Positions 63,251 to 64,000 of a stretch of 64,000 nucleotides of DNA are shown piece after piece. How positions within the stretch are numbered: position 1 is the first letter of the stretch; every line of letters begins with the position of its first letter. The DNA comes from the human T2T-CHM13v2.0 reference genome, Homo sapiens. The stretch lies in assembly GCF_009914755.1 (NCBI RefSeq), contig NC_060930.1, one strand, 5' to 3'. The position numbers and the translations under genes are program-made. The notes under the pieces were generated by a model. It did no database searches, was not told where the DNA came from, and saw nothing but the letters and a program-made list of their open reading frames with translations.

Positions 63251-64000
63251 TAGCTATGACTGCAACTAGAATCAGCATCTAACTACTTTATCTAACCCTA
63301 CCTCCAGCTCCTTCTACCTCCTACTAATTGGGCAGCCCCCTTTCCAACTCCTCTTTCCCTTGATATGAAACCATAAAGATAAATTACCAGGACCACACAT
63401 AATTGATTAGAGAGATTTGAAGATACTTAATAATGAAATTGGGCAATACAATTGTTGGACATAATATATCATCTCTCATTACAAACAGTTAAGGTGCTGA
63501 GTATCTGGCAGATGTCCAATATGATTCCCAATTACTGAAAAGTTTTTTGAGAGGACTCTCAAAATTGTAATACACTTATGAATCTCACTTCCAAATTATA
63601 AACACAAAAATGACATAAATAGCATATAAAATCGCTGGTAAGGTAAATAAATGTTGAAATACAAACTAATGTGGAGAAAGAAACATCCATTTTTATGCTA
63701 TTGCTTTTGCTTTTTATTTGTTTTAGGAGCTAAATTCTTTCTGTATCAAAGATTATATTTTAGATAATAGAACTGAAGGTTTTCTTTTGACATAGATACT
63801 AACTGATATCTAGCTGGAAAACAGAATAGGATAAATGGCACATTTAAGGTTTGGTATCAAACAGTGTACTGGAATAAAGAATAGACATATAATATTTTGA
63901 ATATCTAAAGGGAGAAGTGTTCAATTAAGTATTTAATCTTTTAGGTGATATTAAGCCACTCTACTTTGTAAGATGCCAAGTAAACATTCGGAAGAATGTT

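Overview
AT-rich, CpG-poor human genomic DNA that is intergenic or deep intronic. Human origin is inferred from a consensus-identical AluYa5. I find no credible protein-coding gene, RNA gene, CpG island or CRISPR array. The longer ORFs in the track are read-throughs of Alu, L1 or LTR sequence, or have no recognisable homology. The window is a mosaic of transposable elements: 13 Alus (AluJ, AluS, one AluYa5), L1 fragments from L1ME to L1PA2, solo LTRs (MER52A, LTR12, THE1D, MLT1, MLT2), DNA transposons (MER45B, MER82, MER103/MER5-like), and MIR, L2 and L3 relics. Two stretches are TE-poor (about 17.4-27 kb and 58.3-64 kb). I did not find a new biological system. Best leads: (1) a very young AluYa5 beside a cluster of templated hairpins; (2) a 115-bp L1PA2-type insertion with no target-site duplication; (3) an apparent ancient Tc1/mariner-superfamily transposase 3' end with TIR at about 42.9-43.16 kb; (4) a solo LTR12 with a CCAAT array and a duplicated initiator region; (5) several near-perfect nuclear-receptor and AP-1 elements. 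Subfamily names come from remembered consensus sequences, and boundaries of old elements are approximate.
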